Shown here: positions 46,174 through 48,591 of the stretch, one piece after another
How the letters are laid out: each line of letters begins with the position of its first letter
Position numbering within the stretch: the first letter of the stretch is position 1
Source: a virus
Taxonomy: Duplodnaviria > Caudoviricetes
Direction: 5' to 3' (one strand)
Virus record (IMG/VR): IMGVR_UViG_3300003406_000172
Span: 1 to 48,591 of that record
DNA: 48,591 nt
Made by a program: the position numbers and the translations under genes
Notes under the pieces: generated by a model
The model's database searches: none
What the model was told of the DNA's origin: nothing
The model's input: the letters and a program-made list of their open reading frames with translations, nothing else

Positions 46174-46205
46174 AGAGCCGCCCTATTTCGGGGCGGTCTT
46201 CTTTT
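46172..46205. terminator. Bidirectional terminator between the HTH gene and integrase
   Basis: aaga-gccgccc-tatttc-ggggcgg-tcttctttt between convergent genes. Confidence 0.7.
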
Positions 46206-47331
46206 ATATCGTTTCAAGCTCTATCATTTTTTGAGCTTGTAACCTACGTTTTTCCCGTCCAATGGTGTAAATTGCGGTAGTAGTATCCCGGCGATGACCG
46301 GCTGCAATTTGCGCGCTATAATTAGCCTCTTCAACTTTGTCGAGAAAGGTGTGCTTCAGGGTGTAAATTGTCTTGTTGATTCCGGTGGGTTTCATAATAT
46401 GTTTTGTCCAGAATTTATAAACCAAATCCCGGTGCATCTCTTTTCTTTCAGGTTGGTAGAAATAGGAGAAAATATAATCATCATCAAAAAGAGCTGTTTC
46501 CAGCTGTGATTCCCAATAAGGAATTGCGTTTTTTATAATCGCTCTTTTTTCACGGATGTAATAACCGCCTTTTTTCAAAGTGATGTTAAATTCCAAACGA
46601 TCCATATCAATATCTTTTCTTTGTAAACCCAATATTTCGGGAACTCTACAACCGGAATAGAAAAAGCAATAAAAGAAATTTTCAAAATGTGGTACTTCAG
46701 ATTTTATATGTTCTGCGATAATGGCCAGTTCATCATCAGAAAATAATTCCTTTTCCTTTTTAATATGTTTTTTTGATTTTATTCCGGTACATGGATTCAC
46801 CTTCAGGCATCCTTCATCTACAAGATCCGTGAAGAGAGATGACAGGTGTATTTTTGCTTTATTAAATCCATAGTTGGTGAGGTTCAGATGTTCAAGGGCT
46901 TTTTTGACGTGCAGCAATTCAACATCTTTTATTTTCAAGTAATCCAGACCCAATTTAGGGAGTATCTCAAAAAATCGTTTCAGATGAGTTTCCACATTTT
47001 TCCGGTGTTCTGGTGTTACCTCTTTTCTTTCCAATGTTTTTCGCAAAGCATCTTTGATAGAAAGATACGGATTCAGTTCACCTTCCGAAAACATAAATTG
47101 TTTTGTTCGAGGGTTGTAATCCTTTTCATCCAGAAGCGTTTGCATTTCCTTTTGAAGGATTTTCATCATTATTTTCCGGTCACTTTCGAGTGTGAAAGCA
47201 CCAGCGTATCTGCGATAAGTGTATGGTTTTTCTCTGCCTTCTTCATAGAAGCGGCATTGCACAAAAATATTTCCTCTTACATTTCCAGTAGAGAAATCGG
47301 ATCTTTTGCATCCGAAATTGAGTAATTTCAT
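46204..47331 (-). CDS. int: Tyrosine integrase
   Basis: NPCTGI, SGCRVPEI (catalytic R), YTLKHTF, AGH, IY; adjacent to att. Confidence 0.93.
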   Translation of the reverse strand: MKLLNFGCKRSDFSTGNVRGNIFVQCRFYEEGREKPYTYRRYAGAFTLESDRKIMMKILQKEMQTLLDEKDYNPRTKQFMFSEGELNPYLSIKDALRKTLERKEVTPEHRKNVETHLKRFFEILPKLGLDYLKIKDVELLHVKKALEHLNLTNYGFNKAKIHLSSLFTDLVDEGCLKVNPCTGIKSKKHIKKEKELFSDDELAIIAEHIKSEVPHFENFFYCFFYSGCRVPEILGLQRKDIDMDRLEFNITLKKGGYYIREKRAIIKNAIPYWESQLETALFDDDYIFSYFYQPERKEMHRDLVYKFWTKHIMKPTGINKTIYTLKHTFLDKVEEANYSAQIAAGHRRDTTTAIYTIGREKRRLQAQKMIELETI

Positions 47332-47383
47332 AGCGTGATAATTGTTACAAATTTGTTATAAATTATACGCTACCAAAGAGTAG

Positions 47384-47420
47384 AAAAAACGGGGAAACCC
47401 ATTGTGGGAGGGGTTTCCCC
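47384..47420 (-). terminator. Phage-supplied terminator for the reconstituted tRNA
   Basis: Perfect 10-bp stem ggggaaaccc/gggtttcccc with an A6 run on the left. Confidence 0.8.
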
Positions 47421-47421
47421 T

Positions 47422-47498
47422 TGGTGAACGCGGAAGGAGTCGAACCCTCAACCTTCAGAGCCGTAATCTGACGCTCTATCCAATTGAGCTACGCGTCC
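47422..47498 (-). tRNA. tRNA-Arg (anticodon ACG), CCA encoded
   Basis: Reverse complement GGACGCG-TA-GCTCAATTGGATAGAGC-G-TCAGA-TTACGGC-TCTGA-AGGTT-GAGGG-TTCGACT-CCTTC-CGCGTTC-A-CCA folds as a cloverleaf; TATATTTG promoter element at 47516..47523. Confidence 0.97.
47424..47469 (-). repeat. att core, right copy (within the intact tRNA)
   Basis: Identical to 277..322. Confidence 0.97.
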
Positions 47499-47547
47499 AT
47501 TCATTTTACGGTTTGCAAATATAACACTTTTTTGGTTTCTTTGAAAC

Positions 47548-48591
47548 ATGAAAACTACTTTCTTCACGCTTCTTGCCATTTTATTTTTAATTTCATGTAA
47601 AAAAGAATCACAGCAGCTTACCATCGCCGGGCAAACGATCTCAGGAAGAGTTCAGTACCAGGAAGATGGAGAAATCTTAAAACTAAAATCAGGAAAATTT
47701 AATTATGAGATTCCCCATTCAAAACTTCCTTATAAAAAAGTGGTACTCCTGAATGCGAGTTTGATAGGATATTTCACAGAATTGGGTTTGGAAGACAACA
47801 TTATTGGCGTTTCGAGTCCGGAGTATATTTATTCTGAAAAAATTAAAAATGGAATTAAAAACGGAAATATCGCCGATGTGGGAAATGAACAGAAATACGA
47901 TGTGGAAAAAATATTGGCACTGAAGCCGGATGCTGTGTTCACCAATTATATTTCGACGTTCGGAAATACTTATGAACTCCTGAAAAAAAACGGAATAGAA
48001 ATCATCTTCCTCGATGAATATCTGGAGAACGATCCTTTGGGAAAATCGAAATATCTTCTGGTTTTCGGCAGGCTTTTCGGAAAAGAGGAAAAGTCGGAAT
48101 CTAAATTTCAGGAAATAAAAAAATCTTATGATTCGCTGAAAAGCCTTGTGAAAAATGAAACAAAACCTGTGGTAATTTCCAATGAAATGTACGGCGGACA
48201 ATGGTTTATGCCCGGTGGAAAAACTGCATTCGCAAAGTTGCTTGAAGATGCAGGAGCAGCATATATTCTGAAAGGAAATCTGGAAGAAAAAGCCATTCCC
48301 ATGAGTTTTGAAGAGGTGTTTGTAAAAGCTGAAAATGCCCGCTTTTGGATGAACGCAGGAAATCACCGCAACAAAAATTCGCTATTGTCCATCAATCCGA
48401 ATTATGCCAAAATGAAGGTCTTTCAAGATGGGAAAATTTATGCGGTAACAGCCCGGGAGCAGGGAAAATCAAACGATTATTTTGAAAGTGGCGTAGTGCG
48501 GGCAGATCTGGTGCTGAAGGATTATATCAGGATTTTTCATCCGCATCTTCTTCCGAATTATTCCTTAACCTATTTGAAAGAACTGAAATAA
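47548..48591 (+). CDS. Host ABC transporter substrate-binding lipoprotein (Fe-siderophore/cobalamin type)
   Basis: Lipobox LISC, EKILALKPD, EYLENDPLG, YFESGVVRADLVLKD. Confidence 0.9.
   Translation: MKTTFFTLLAILFLISCKKESQQLTIAGQTISGRVQYQEDGEILKLKSGKFNYEIPHSKLPYKKVVLLNASLIGYFTELGLEDNIIGVSSPEYIYSEKIKNGIKNGNIADVGNEQKYDVEKILALKPDAVFTNYISTFGNTYELLKKNGIEIIFLDEYLENDPLGKSKYLLVFGRLFGKEEKSESKFQEIKKSYDSLKSLVKNETKPVVISNEMYGGQWFMPGGKTAFAKLLEDAGAAYILKGNLEEKAIPMSFEEVFVKAENARFWMNAGNHRNKNSLLSINPNYAKMKVFQDGKIYAVTAREQGKSNDYFESGVVRADLVLKDYIRIFHPHLLPNYSLTYLKELK

Larger units (their letters stand above)
277..47469. mobile_element. Complete temperate prophage (lambda-like head, P2/Mu-like contractile tail) integrated in tRNA-Arg(ACG)
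   Basis: Identical 46-bp repeats at 277..322 and 47424..47469; integrase, repressor, replication, terminase, portal, capsid, sheath, tube, baseplate and lysis genes lie between them. Confidence 0.97.

Noticed and set aside
46204-47331. Integrase inactive because HxxR reads YTLK
   Set aside because: This variant is common in Bacteroidota tyrosine integrases as I recall; catalytic R, H and Y are present and the att sites are perfect
369-48366. Many antisense or nested ORFs in the track (e.g. 369..686, 3713..4102, 4524..4982, 27494..27994, 40849..41328, 46846..47325, 47719..48366)
   Set aside because: They are shadows of well-supported genes on the opposite strand, with no motifs or independent expression signals

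Overview
Nearly the whole window (277..47469) is one apparently complete ~47 kb temperate prophage integrated in the 3' half of a tRNA-Arg(ACG) gene and bounded by a perfect 46-bp direct repeat. The host is probably a Bacteroidota (Flavobacteriales-like) bacterium, judged from TAnnTTTG promoters and protein families. Gene order: lysogeny morons and a CI-like repressor (minus strand), Cro-like gene, early/recombination genes, two DNA methyltransferase genes (one split by an in-frame TAG), replication genes, lambda-type packaging/head genes, an inserted hicAB toxin-antitoxin, a P2/Mu-type contractile tail, fibres, lysis genes, a moron pair and a tyrosine integrase. A host ABC substrate-binding gene follows the tRNA. 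The main result is a diversity-generating retroelement (DGR) in the early region. An 81-nt template repeat (7691..7771) and a DGR-type reverse transcriptase serve two tandem small paralogous genes, whose variable repeats differ from the template almost only at adenines (10 of 11 and 14 of 15 mismatches). The targets are not tail fibres. No Avd gene is recognisable; a 98-aa SSB/OB-like ORF is coupled to the RT instead, and the template is enclosed by a long-range stem. The next gene carries a domain resembling a segment of Bacteroidota RNA polymerase beta. Other signals: a conserved tandem-repeat late-promoter candidate, a canonical -1 frameshift in the tail chaperone, chained fibre modules, a unimolecular spanin and a possible SAM-lyase-like moron. 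Family assignments come from motif recognition, not database searches.
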